Positions 36,062-44,514 are shown, counted from the first letter of the stretch. The stretch is DNA of 64,000 nt from a virus (IMGVR_UViG_3300022699_000502:1-64000), one strand, 5' to 3'. Program-made: numbers and translations. The notes: generated by a model from the sequence alone, not told the origin.

Positions 36062-36366
36062 TGTTTCACCTTCTGTGCCAAGTATTCGGTCAACAATTTT
36101 AGTTTCGTCACTTTAGTTTCGTCGTCATATTCGTATAGTTCGAGCGGTGTATAGTATTCGCTCACAAGGATATGACCGAAGCTTCCGCCCAACTCACCAC
36201 AACTGGTGCATTGATGACGTATGAAATCCTGTGCATCTTGTTTAAAGTCGAAGTCTTGTACGACCCATTCACGTTCAGTATCTATTCCGTCGTCGCCTCT
36301 CGGTAACTCTTTCGGATTCGCGTTCCTAATGGTAGGCGTGTTCGTCCGTCCTATAACTCTATACAT
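36058..36366 (-). CDS. hypothetical protein (102 aa)
   Basis: coding-strand ORF. Confidence 0.4.
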   Translation of the reverse strand: MYRVIGRTNTPTIRNANPKELPRGDDGIDTEREWVVQDFDFKQDAQDFIRHQCTSCGELGGSFGHILVSEYYTPLELYEYDDETKVTKLKLLTEYLAQKVKQ

Positions 36367-36499
36367 TTTTAATACGCTCCTTTTTCGTTTTTTGCCAATC
36401 CTTCACAGACTGTATCAGTATTTCCCAACCTTGTCGTTCCTCGTCGTCTGCTTCTTCGGCCCTTCGCTCATATTCTTCTAACTTTTTCGTCCAATCCAT
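36359..36499 (-). CDS. hypothetical mini-protein (46 aa; hand-translated)
   Basis: MDWTKKLEEYERRAEEADDEERQGWEILIQSVKDWQKTKKERIKNV; GGTGG 7 nt upstream; stop overlaps the start of 36058..36366. Confidence 0.3.
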   Translation of the reverse strand: MDWTKKLEEYERRAEEADDEERQGWEILIQSVKDWQKTKKERIKNV

Positions 36500-36570
36500 A
36501 CGTATCGCCACCTAATGTCGCCTCAGGATTTGCACCTGACTATGCCGCTATGGGACGACTACATAAGGGT

Positions 36571-36843
36571 TTATTCGATGTTATGCATACTTGCTATATC
36601 GTATGCTAATTCATCGTATTCATCAATTTTAATGAGTTCAACGAATACTTGTGGCCCTTTTCTAAAGATTACCGCATCAGGCACATTAACCTGATAGTTA
36701 TGGTTTAGCGATTCTAAGAATCTTATCGTACAATTCTCTAAATCTTCTAAACCGTTCTTTTTCATCAGAAACGAAGTACAATTATTATCGAATCCGACAC
36801 GAACAAATCCGTCGTGTTTACTTTTTCTTATCTCATATTTCAT
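36571..36843 (-). CDS. hypothetical protein (90 aa)
   Basis: coding-strand ORF. Confidence 0.4.
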   Translation of the reverse strand: MKYEIRKSKHDGFVRVGFDNNCTSFLMKKNGLEDLENCTIRFLESLNHNYQVNVPDAVIFRKGPQVFVELIKIDEYDELAYDIASMHNIE

Positions 36844-36902
36844 ATATATCGGCCTCTCATTTTTTCATTCATTTCTTCTTTATATTATAATAACACTCTA
36901 CT

Positions 36903-36932
36903 TATATATAAATATAATGGGAATGGTTTGGT
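36903..36932 (-). promoter_or_regulatory. conserved viral promoter element copy
   Basis: tatatataaatataatgggaatggtttggt. Confidence 0.55.
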
Positions 36933-36946
36933 TGTTTATGGTTTTT

Positions 36947-37231
36947 TCAGGGTAAATGTTCGAAATGTTCGACATGGTTCTTTATTATCTTATCATCTAT
37001 TCGTTCTGCCGCACAACTCGGTTTGTATGTCGCTGTCAGTTTTCCCGTAACAACTGCTTGTTCTCCTGCGTATTCGTATGTTGCTCCATACTTACACGGT
37101 CGCTTATGCAATATTTTCATGAAGTCCTTTCTGTCGACTTGTATGTATAGCTCGTCGAATTCGCTTATGTCTATCGGCCCGTTTGGTTCTATACTTATAT
37201 CTTCCGCCCCTACATCTTTTTCATTTTTCAT
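36947..37231 (-). CDS. hypothetical protein (94 aa)
   Basis: coding-strand ORF. Confidence 0.4.
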   Translation of the reverse strand: MKNEKDVGAEDISIEPNGPIDISEFDELYIQVDRKDFMKILHKRPCKYGATYEYAGEQAVVTGKLTATYKPSCAAERIDDKIIKNHVEHFEHLP

Positions 37232-37257
37232 ATTTATCTAATCTATAATACATTTAA

Positions 37258-37290
37258 TTATATATAAAGGTTTTGGGAATGGTATGGATT
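37258..37290 (-). promoter_or_regulatory. conserved viral promoter element copy (last before the strand switch)
   Basis: ttatatataaaggttttgggaatggtatggatt. Confidence 0.55.
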
Positions 37291-37363
37291 AAAAATTGAA
37301 AGTGTGGAATTTTGAAGATGTCATTATGTCATAATGCGTTATTCCGAAAACTTTAAATAGTAA

Positions 37364-37804
37364 TTGCGTATTATTTATATTATGCGATGGACTCCAGAAG
37401 ACGAAAAAGAGTTAATGGATTGGTATGAGCTGTGTGGTAGTGATATCCCGAGTTTGTTAAATAAAGGGTATACTAAGAGTCAGATTAGGAGTAAGGCGTT
37501 CAGGATGGGATTATCAGAGAAGAATAAGTGTGGTCCTGGAAAATGTGATTTGACGGAACAGCAACTACTAGATATGTACCATGGTGAATACATGACAATC
37601 GAGCAGATTGCCGAGAAGACTGGGTGGGCCGAACAAACCATCTATAGGAAGATGCACGAGTATGAAGTGCCGTTAACCGGCAAGTTTCGGTATACAAAAT
37701 GTAGTGAGTGCGGGAAACGTATTAAGGCGGAGCGCGCTGATATATTGGATGATGATGCGGTTTTATGTGATATGTGTAAGGTTATGCGTAATTTAGGTAT
37801 CTAG
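37364..37804 (+). CDS. HTH-repeat DNA-binding protein with C-terminal zinc ribbon
   Basis: 146 aa; repeated ~40-aa HTH-like units ending RMGL / HEYEV, resembling the N-terminal repeats of the adjacent LAGLIDADG protein; CSECGKR ... CDMC. Confidence 0.5.
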   Translation: MRIIYIMRWTPEDEKELMDWYELCGSDIPSLLNKGYTKSQIRSKAFRMGLSEKNKCGPGKCDLTEQQLLDMYHGEYMTIEQIAEKTGWAEQTIYRKMHEYEVPLTGKFRYTKCSECGKRIKAERADILDDDAVLCDMCKVMRNLGI

Positions 37805-38872
37805 AGACTTTTCAAATTGTCTTTTTTTACGTTCTAAATACGTTTGTGCATCATCATATAAATATTCGTAAATATTCCTTTTATCGGTTTGTTTTCCGTA
37901 ATGTACAACGTAGTTTTCCTTTGATGGGTGTTTATATATGTCGTTCTTCGAATTTATTATAGTACCAATTATTTCGTTTACGTCTTGCATAAGTTGACGT
38001 GACCCGCATATCGTGAAACTATTACCGCTAATACTGCCGTCTGCATCAAACAATCCCCTTATGAAATGTCTGTGGTATTTTTCGGGTATATCTGGCATAT
38101 ATGTCTTATGTGACTTACACGGAACGACACCATATTTTTCTAAATCCTCAACTATCTTCTTTCGGGTTATCGATAAAGCAAATCCGTCCTTACCCGATTC
38201 GTGTATGCTGTGCGACGAACTCATTGCGTTTCTTAGTTTCAAAAGATGGTCGGTATCTTTCGCGTTCAATGATACAGTTAAACTATATCCCGTACCACCT
38301 TCTCCTGTTTTACCTATGTTTCCATCACCAACTATGAACCCCAACCAATATGCCTTTTCAGAACTATCCATCTCTTCGAAATAATCTTCGTCTACTTCTT
38401 TATATGAGTACTTTGTGTTCAGCCCATACTTCTTCAGATTCCTATAGACTGTATGCGGCGAAATATTGAGTGCATCCGCAATTTCCTGTTGTGTCATATC
38501 CTTATCATGGTACATTGTGTTTAGCATATTTTCCGTCGAATCGTAATCATTCAAGCTAGTTCTACATAATCCCATATCCTTCAAATAATTCGATATTGTT
38601 GATGTTGAAACCGAGAAAACCGAAGCAATTTTTTCTCGCGACAGTCCTTCATCAATATACATCCGTTTTAACATATCCTTATCTAATTCTTCTTGTACTC
38701 TCGTTTTGTTTTCGGACCAATCAGTTCGTTCTTCTATTAACCCAAACTTGATTATATGTTCATTGATATGCGATTTATCTACGTCTAGCAGACCCGCAAT
38801 GCGCTTGTGTGAATACTTTTTGTCTACGTACAAGTTCCGCAAAATCCGCTTCAATAACTGTTCTGCATCCAT
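37793..38872 (-). CDS. free-standing LAGLIDADG homing endonuclease with three N-terminal HTH repeats
   Basis: 359 aa; two LAGLIDADG motifs LGFIVGDGNIG and GLFDADGSIS; N-terminal repeats (each ending K-F/M/Y-GL). Confidence 0.75.
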   Translation of the reverse strand: MDAEQLLKRILRNLYVDKKYSHKRIAGLLDVDKSHINEHIIKFGLIEERTDWSENKTRVQEELDKDMLKRMYIDEGLSREKIASVFSVSTSTISNYLKDMGLCRTSLNDYDSTENMLNTMYHDKDMTQQEIADALNISPHTVYRNLKKYGLNTKYSYKEVDEDYFEEMDSSEKAYWLGFIVGDGNIGKTGEGGTGYSLTVSLNAKDTDHLLKLRNAMSSSHSIHESGKDGFALSITRKKIVEDLEKYGVVPCKSHKTYMPDIPEKYHRHFIRGLFDADGSISGNSFTICGSRQLMQDVNEIIGTIINSKNDIYKHPSKENYVVHYGKQTDKRNIYEYLYDDAQTYLERKKRQFEKSLDT

Positions 38873-38879
38873 AATATAA

Positions 38880-39725
38880 CATTGTTGCCGCGCTATTTAA
38901 ACTTTTTGGAATGTTTGGCCAAATAACCACAAAATATGCTGTATTTTTGTCGTTAATCGTATAAAATACCAAAAGATTTAAATATTATATATGTGTATAT
39001 GTATATGTGCGGTCTTTCCTATTTAAATGTTGCGGTGAGTTAGCGGGGTATTTAAAGGTTGGGGTGGACAGATTTTCATATTTTTTTCATACCCCTGTCC
39101 CCACGGGGGCATTTTCCGGGAAAAGTATTTAACGTTCACCAACTAACTCTGCGAGCTACACCGGATAGTTGCTGTATAGCTGCAATTTACTCGTAGGTGA
39201 TTTTCGGTACAAAATTTGTAGATGGCGGGGGGTTTATATACCCCTTTATATACGCAAATTATATGCCAACATTTGGGCGCCCGAAACCCTATATAAACCC
39301 CCCGCAAAAAATCGCGATAAATGTATACTTTCATAGAATTAATAATATTATAGCGCATTGATATATCCCTGCCGATTTTGCGCTCTAGATGGGAGTTACT
39401 CGCAGATATAGCGCAATCCTGAGAGCTACTCGCAGAAGGTTGTTTACCCCCCCTAAAAAGCGATATATCCCTGCAAATTTTGCGCAATTTTAGCCTTCTC
39501 CTATATAAAGTTTTTGCATAAAGTTTATAAACCCCCCGGCAAAAATTCGATAATATTATAGATTTATCGCAAAACCGATATATCCCTGCTAAAAAGCGAT
39601 ATATCCCTGCAAAATCACCGCAAACTTTATATACTACTTGGGTTTTGTCGGTTTTGGGAAAAACCCAAAAACTACCCTTGGGCATCGAGTCCAGAATCTT
39701 TATATATCCCTTCAGGGATATACTA
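38880..39725. repeat. iteron- and palindrome-rich ori-like or strand-switch control region
   Basis: 4 copies of CGATATATCCCTGC (39360, 39463, 39577, 39596); inverted pair GGGGGGTTTATATA (39226) / TATATAAACCCCCC (39289), plus a TATAAACCCCCCGGCAAAAATTCGATAA repeat (39517); TATTTAAA x4 (38888-39056); TTACTCGCAGA x2. Confidence 0.6.
39702..39721. promoter_or_regulatory. perfect palindrome TATATCCCT-TC-AGGGATATA (operator-like) 6 nt before the ATG of 39727..40284
   Basis: 9-bp arms; its half-site ATATCCCT is the core of the four upstream iterons. Confidence 0.6.
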
Positions 39726-39726
39726 A

Positions 39727-40284
39727 ATGATGATACCGAACAAAAGAAAGGCGAGATTAGCTGGGAGTATCTATAGGAAGGGCGGAATATATGTGTATCC
39801 TGACCGGTATGAGTGGCGGGCACGCATGTATATGTTATCGAAGACGGACGCGGATAGGGTCGCAAACTCGTATTTGCGCAGAGTCGTCGGTAAAAAGGGC
39901 CAAGTTAAGGAAGTTGGAGAAAGATATAAGGTTGTTTTGTATGGTAAAGACCAGGTTGAACAGTTGCAAGAAATTTATGATGAATGTATGAACGCATTGC
40001 GCAATATGGAATTTGATGGAAACCCGTTTTTGGATGTCGATAAGGAAAATTTCTTGTGGGAATTTGTGAAAGGATTGTTCAAAAGCGGCATGGCAGATAA
40101 GGAAAATGGCTGTGTGTTCCACACGCACGACGAATACCTGAAGAATCTGTTGTTGAAAATCCTGATAGAACTTGGAGTTGACCACGAGATTTTGGGAAGT
40201 GGACCATGGCGCTTCAAATTTTCACAGGATACGAGGGAATATTTAGGTGGAAAAAAGATATTACCTGGAAACTTTGACTGGTGA
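39727..40284 (+). CDS. hypothetical protein with basic N-terminus (185 aa), candidate iteron/palindrome-binding factor
   Basis: first plus-strand gene after the repeat region; N-term KRKARLAGSIYRKGGIYVY; no secure family assignment. Confidence 0.45.
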   Translation: MMIPNKRKARLAGSIYRKGGIYVYPDRYEWRARMYMLSKTDADRVANSYLRRVVGKKGQVKEVGERYKVVLYGKDQVEQLQEIYDECMNALRNMEFDGNPFLDVDKENFLWEFVKGLFKSGMADKENGCVFHTHDEYLKNLLLKILIELGVDHEILGSGPWRFKFSQDTREYLGGKKILPGNFDW

Positions 40285-40599
40285 CCTTGGCGTCGATGTT
40301 CGCTTGCTCATGAAACCGAAACGCGAAGACGTCGTCTACCAGTACACCGTGTCCATAATCTTTATATAGGACCTGAAAGGTTATAATAGATGCCCAACCA
40401 ACAAGAGCCTCCCACAGGAAAAAGACGGAACGGTTCGGGTCATTATATATTAGCGCGATTCTTGGACGGATGTCGATTTGCGCTTTAGATTTTTGATGAG
40501 GTTGGGATTTTAGGGTATTTTTAGGGTTTTTGGTGACTTGTTGTGCTAGCTGGCAGGGTGGCAAACCCCGTTCGCGGTGGGAATTTTGTCGAGATGGAG

Positions 40600-40800
40600 G
40601 AGCTGTGCTCACTTACGCATGGTATGATGGAAGATACTGTGTGATAATGCCATAAAGTGCCTCACTTACGGTGGATCATAAAGGTGTGGTCACTAATGTA
40701 ATGGGTTTAGTGTAATGGGGGGTGTGGGATATGCGAAAATTCGCATATTAGAAATTGCGCGTTTTAGAAATTGCGCATTTACTAAATTGCGATTACAAAA
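40600..40800. repeat. left flank repeat block of the GC-rich module
   Basis: TCACTTACG at 40609 and 40662; palindrome ATGCGAAAATTCGCAT at 40731-40746; tandem TTAGAAATTGCGC x2 (40748, 40765). Confidence 0.5.
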
Positions 40801-40940
40801 TTTTTAAAATTCCCCCAAAATCCATAAGGTTTATATAGGTTTAAACCTATATGGTGTATTGAGTAGGTTCGTGGTGCGTAATATGTGTTATATTACGCCA
40901 GAAACCGAAAATTAAGAAAATTGTATTGGAGGCATAAAAT

Positions 40941-41246
40941 ATGGAACAAGACGAGTTTGAAGAAATGGAGTCGGTTAGTACGAGAGCAATACGCTTAGGT
41001 CGTGTACAAAAGTTAATTTTGAGGGCATCGATGGATGAAGGACCAATGCGACAGAGGACGTTAACAGAGAAAGTTAACGAATTAGGCGATAAAGAAAGAA
41101 GTGAACAAACAGTTCGACAAAGTGCGATAAAGTTGCATAAAAAAGAGGAAGTGCCATTTGAGCGCAAAGATAACGGGAATTATATATATTACGGTATAAG
41201 CAATATGAGTGCGGCAAAAAAGATGTTTGGGAAAACATACGACTAA
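40941..41246 (+). CDS. winged-helix transcription regulator-like protein (101 aa)
   Basis: RVQKLILRASMDEGPMRQRTLTEKVNEL ... wing ERKDNGNYIYYGI; visibly GC-richer codons. Confidence 0.5.
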   Translation: MEQDEFEEMESVSTRAIRLGRVQKLILRASMDEGPMRQRTLTEKVNELGDKERSEQTVRQSAIKLHKKEEVPFERKDNGNYIYYGISNMSAAKKMFGKTYD

Positions 41247-41250
41247 ATAG

Positions 41251-41682
41251 GTGGTAGACATGATAAGCGAATTTGATGAAGTAATGCATATAGTTGCGGA
41301 TACACATAAACGCGTGTTATTTAAGTATCCGGCGCATGATATTGAGAGTTTCGCGATAGCAACGCACGAGATACTGACGTGGATCGAGATGAGCGAACCA
41401 GGTGATGAATACCATTTAGTTGAGAATATGTGCGAGAATTTGGCGTACAAAATGAATACGAACGTACCGATAACGATACAGAACGAAGCACAGAAGTGGG
41501 AAGCGTTAACAGCGTATGAATACGATGATATGAGGATGGTCGGTGTTGCGTTGAATACGGAATTATGGGAAGAAGAAGTAGGAGACGTTAAAGTTGCGTT
41601 AGAACACAATGGATACGAAGTAGTCGACGTAGAATACGGTAGCGAAGTGCATAACGCGTGGAATAAGTTCATCCGCGACTAA
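41251..41682 (+). CDS. hypothetical acidic protein (143 aa)
   Basis: GC-rich module; predicted pI very low. Confidence 0.5.
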   Translation: MVDMISEFDEVMHIVADTHKRVLFKYPAHDIESFAIATHEILTWIEMSEPGDEYHLVENMCENLAYKMNTNVPITIQNEAQKWEALTAYEYDDMRMVGVALNTELWEEEVGDVKVALEHNGYEVVDVEYGSEVHNAWNKFIRD

Positions 41683-41702
41683 ATCCCTTTATTTCTTTAT
41701 TT

Positions 41703-42038
41703 ATGTTGGAGGCGAATAATATGGAAAAAAAGAATGTAGTCGAGAAGATAGTGGAAATTGGGAATCAGATGATGTGGCTCGGGATACACGTGAATAGAGG
41801 CGATTGGACGTTAGCCTCACAGAGATTAGGAGTTAGCGATGATGGCGGATTAAGTGTGGCGTACTTGGTTGATTCGTTAGAAGACGAGATGCCTGAGAGT
41901 TCGTATGGGATGCTGAATTGGTTGATAACGCAAATACAGGATGATGTGATAGATGAAGCGGATTCAGTGAAATTCGATGTGTATGCGGAAAAAATGATGG
42001 CCGTCATTAAAGAAGAAGTTATACCGGAGGTGTTGTAG
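41703..42038 (+). CDS. hypothetical acidic protein (111 aa)
   Basis: GGAGG ribosome-binding site upstream. Confidence 0.45.
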   Translation: MLEANNMEKKNVVEKIVEIGNQMMWLGIHVNRGDWTLASQRLGVSDDGGLSVAYLVDSLEDEMPESSYGMLNWLITQIQDDVIDEADSVKFDVYAEKMMAVIKEEVIPEVL

Positions 42039-42221
42039 ATGACGAATAGTTGTAGGGCAGCGGAATGCCAGTTTTATGACGGAAGTGGGCAGCCGTGTGA
42101 GGTACCCGCCGAATTTTGTCCGTTGAGTAGTGGAAGAGAAGAGTTGAGTCCGGAGCTTGAGGATATGATCGCAAAGAATGAGCCGGAGCCGTTGCCTTCG
42201 TTCGAGGAGGTGTTCGGATGA
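42039..42221 (+). CDS. Cys-containing mini-protein (60 aa)
   Basis: CRAAECQFYDGSGQPCEVPAEFC; start abuts the upstream stop. Confidence 0.35.
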   Translation: MTNSCRAAECQFYDGSGQPCEVPAEFCPLSSGREELSPELEDMIAKNEPEPLPSFEEVFG

Positions 42222-42604
42222 GTAGAGAATTGTTGGTTGAGAGGCGGAATTTTAAGTTGTATAGGGATGACGGGCAATATGAGCTATATATCGATGTTGC
42301 CGGGACTGATACGGAAGTGATGCTCAATTTCCCTGATTTCGATGATGCGGAGTATGAGGAGTCCCTTAAGGAAGCGGCGGAATTCATGGGGTACGCCGAA
42401 CTAGTTGAGTCGGGTGAGTTTGATAACCCGGTATGTCCGCGATGTAAAGTGCATATGAGGCATGTGCCGTTTGAGGAGCATAGTTTGGAAGAAGCGCTGT
42501 ATGTGTGTGATGAATGTGATGATGAGTGGCCAGCGACAACGCTGGTTGATATGCATGCGGAGCACGAAGCGGATAAAGCACAGATGGCGTCAATGGAGAG
42601 ATGA
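42218..42604 (+). CDS. acidic protein with zinc ribbon (128 aa)
   Basis: CPRCKVHMRH ... CDECDDEW; 4-nt overlap coupling on both sides. Confidence 0.45.
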   Translation: MSRELLVERRNFKLYRDDGQYELYIDVAGTDTEVMLNFPDFDDAEYEESLKEAAEFMGYAELVESGEFDNPVCPRCKVHMRHVPFEEHSLEEALYVCDECDDEWPATTLVDMHAEHEADKAQMASMER

Positions 42605-42792
42605 CGATGACAGTGTATCCAGATGAGAAGCCGGATGATTGGAAAGAACGAGCAACATGCCCCGAGTGCGGAGCACAAGGCGATGGTGATACGTATGTGT
42701 ATGATGCTGGAGCATCTACGGTGTGCGGGGAATCTACGTATAAGTGTAGGAAGTGCGGTACTAAGTGGAGTTTCCTGTATGCGAGGGATTGA
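42601..42792 (+). CDS. zinc-ribbon mini-protein (63 aa)
   Basis: CPECGAQGDG ... CRKCGTKW. Confidence 0.4.
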   Translation: MTMTVYPDEKPDDWKERATCPECGAQGDGDTYVYDAGASTVCGESTYKCRKCGTKWSFLYARD

Positions 42793-42895
42793 GATGCCGG
42801 AGCTGTATTGTAAGAGGTGCGGAATATATCAGGAGTTTGAGAAGGTACCCGGTGGATACGAGTGTAAGGAGTGCGGGTACGTCGTTGAAACGTGA
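42779..42895 (+). CDS. zinc-ribbon mini-protein (~38 aa)
   Basis: MRGIEMPELYCKRCGIYQEFEKVPGGYECKECGYVVET; preferred over the long overlapping track ORF 42623..42895. Confidence 0.35.
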   Translation: MRGIEMPELYCKRCGIYQEFEKVPGGYECKECGYVVET

Positions 42896-42924
42896 AACCC
42901 TTCCTTTTCTTTTTTTAACGTTAA

Positions 42925-43100
42925 TTGCGTCACTTACGCCATAGATTGGTTAGTGGTCGGCGCGTCACTTACGCCATAAAATTTGATGCGCATTTTCGCA
43001 ATTTAGAAATTTCGCCGTTTACGCATTTGCGCAGTTTACGAATTTTCGCATACACAAAATACTAGTTGCGAATTTTCGCAATCTGCGAATTTGCGCAGGG
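42925..43100. repeat. right flank repeat block of the GC-rich module
   Basis: TCACTTACG at 42930 and 42965 (variant TCACTAACG at 43241); palindromes ACGAATTTTCGCAT (43038), TGCGAATTTTCGCAA (43067), TGCGAATTTGCGCA (43085); TTTAGAAATTTCGCC. Confidence 0.5.
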
Positions 43101-43505
43101 TCCCGCCTAGCGCGCCGGTACATGGTCCGGTTGGTCCCGGACGCGTACCCGGTCCACAATTTGTTGAAAACGAAGCCGCGGGCTCACTTGGGCAATTTAA
43201 GGTGAACCCGGAAAAATTTGTTGAATACCGGGGGGTCCCCTCACTAACGCAATAAATTTTATTTACGGTTTTAAATATTTTATAAGATTTGTTAGAGGTA
43301 TAAAATATTTTTAATTTTAAATAATTTATTGTCCTAAATAGCACAACAGTAATTATTTAAAATTTAAATATTATAAGGATAATTTAAACTAAAATCAGTA
43401 AATATGACGATTGTATGACAAAATTAACTATTTGTCATAAAACTGTCTGACGGTGTTTAATTAATATATTTTTATTATTTAGTTATTTTTTAAATTATAC
43501 TTATC

Positions 43506-43524
43506 GTTTAGATGACATCTAAAC
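43506..43524. repeat. palindrome GTTTAGAT-GAC-ATCTAAAC (left copy)
   Basis: 8-bp perfect inverted repeat with 3-nt spacer; same arms as 46409..46429. Confidence 0.5.
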
Positions 43525-44017
43525 ATAAAATTAGTGTTTATTTTTATAAAAATAAAATTTCAATAGGTTTATATGTAAAGTCTGCGTTAATTAAAAAAAA
43601 GAAAAAAAAAAAGAGGTCGGCTGGGCATACCTCTCAAAAAGGTTTGTAGGTTAATTACCTATGAATCTTGAGATAAAAATAAGCAAAATTGTAGGTAATA
43701 ATTTAAATCCTTATCTAATTTATTAAGTAATTTCATAATAACTTTATTTGGTCGGTATTACTGACTAAATAGAAATTAAACATTAAACTATCATACAGTT
43801 ATTAACTACCCTTAAAATAGGTTTAAACAATATTCAAGAGTAAATTAATACATACTTTTAGTATGCTTAAACATTAATCCTAATAAATTAGATAATAGGT
43901 TTTTTAGAATTTTTTTGGATAAACCAAATATAAAAAATCAATAATTCTGTATGTATGAATTTAAGTAGTATATACAGAATTAAAAAACCATTAAAATATA
44001 TATGTGAGGCGAATAAA

Positions 44018-44500
44018 ATGAAAAAAGAAGATATAGATAAATGGATAGAAGAAGCGAAAATAACAACAAACAACAAACAAAATAGTCTAAATATGAATGT
44101 AAGGGCAGATAGGTTATTATACCTATTTATCGGAGATAAAGAAAATAGGAAAATCCTTTATGGGAATGGATTACAGCAAAAAAGGATAAGAGATAGTCTG
44201 GTAAAATTAGGAATAGAAGAAGATAGTATAACCAGTCAGACCATTAGGAAACAAATGAGAAAAAACGCAGTAATAGATTATAACTGTAAAGAAACTAATG
44301 GAGATAATCCAGAAAATAAAACAAACAAACCTATATGGGCTAATAAAAGAAATTTCATTTATTACAGAGTTAATCCATATTATGTTAAGGAAAATATGGA
44401 TTTAAGGAAAGTCAGTAAAGTTGAAGTCAGTAATACAGTTAAGTCTATCATTAAATTCATTAAAAACCATCGACCAAAATTATATAATCTAAAGAAATAA
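44018..44500 (+). CDS. basic K/N-rich protein P1 of the AT-rich island (160 aa from the GAGG-linked ATG)
   Basis: GAGG 8 nt upstream of the ATG at 44018; very AT-rich codons; possible HTH near RIRDSLVKLGIEEDSITSQTIRKQMRKN. Confidence 0.5.
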   Translation: MKKEDIDKWIEEAKITTNNKQNSLNMNVRADRLLYLFIGDKENRKILYGNGLQQKRIRDSLVKLGIEEDSITSQTIRKQMRKNAVIDYNCKETNGDNPENKTNKPIWANKRNFIYYRVNPYYVKENMDLRKVSKVEVSNTVKSIIKFIKNHRPKLYNLKK

Positions 44501-44514
44501 AAACCTTTTATTTT
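44499..44514 (+). terminator. intergenic oligo-T element AAAAACCTTTTATTTT
   Basis: repeated after P1, P2 and P4; followed by TTTTTATATAAA TATA-like box. Confidence 0.35.

Noticed and set aside
120-37241. Numerous plus-strand ORFs of 60 to 200 aa inside the minus-strand block (e.g. 770..1216, 5467..5967, 7190..7789, 24987..25514)
   Set aside because: They are shadow ORFs antisense to clearly coding minus-strand genes (PolX, ligase and others). They lack start contexts and are rich in Ser/Leu/Phe from AT-rich antisense codons.
39143-39865. 240-aa minus-strand ORF covering the iteron region
   Set aside because: It spans the repeat- and palindrome-rich non-coding tract and runs antisense into the 39727 gene. 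Its low-complexity translation reflects the repeats rather than a protein.
39727-40284. GIY-YIG or LAGLIDADG endonuclease assignment for the 185-aa protein
   Set aside because: GGIYVY and GLFKSGMADKENG only loosely resemble those motifs. The spacing and catalytic residues do not fit.
40214-42678. Minus-strand ORFs over the GC-rich module (40214..40612, 40847..41167, 41082..41672, 42019..42678, 42384..42593)
   Set aside because: They are antisense to the overlap-coupled plus-strand operon. The Ser/Cys/Thr-rich translations are typical of antisense reading of GC-rich genes.
42623-42895. Long 90-aa ORF as listed in the track
   Set aside because: Its first 50 codons overlap the well-supported 42601..42792 zinc-ribbon gene in another frame. 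The downstream Met at 42779 gives a canonical coupled start.
43036-43344. 102-aa minus ORF across the GC-rich junction
   Set aside because: It crosses a sharp compositional boundary and repeat elements, with no start context.
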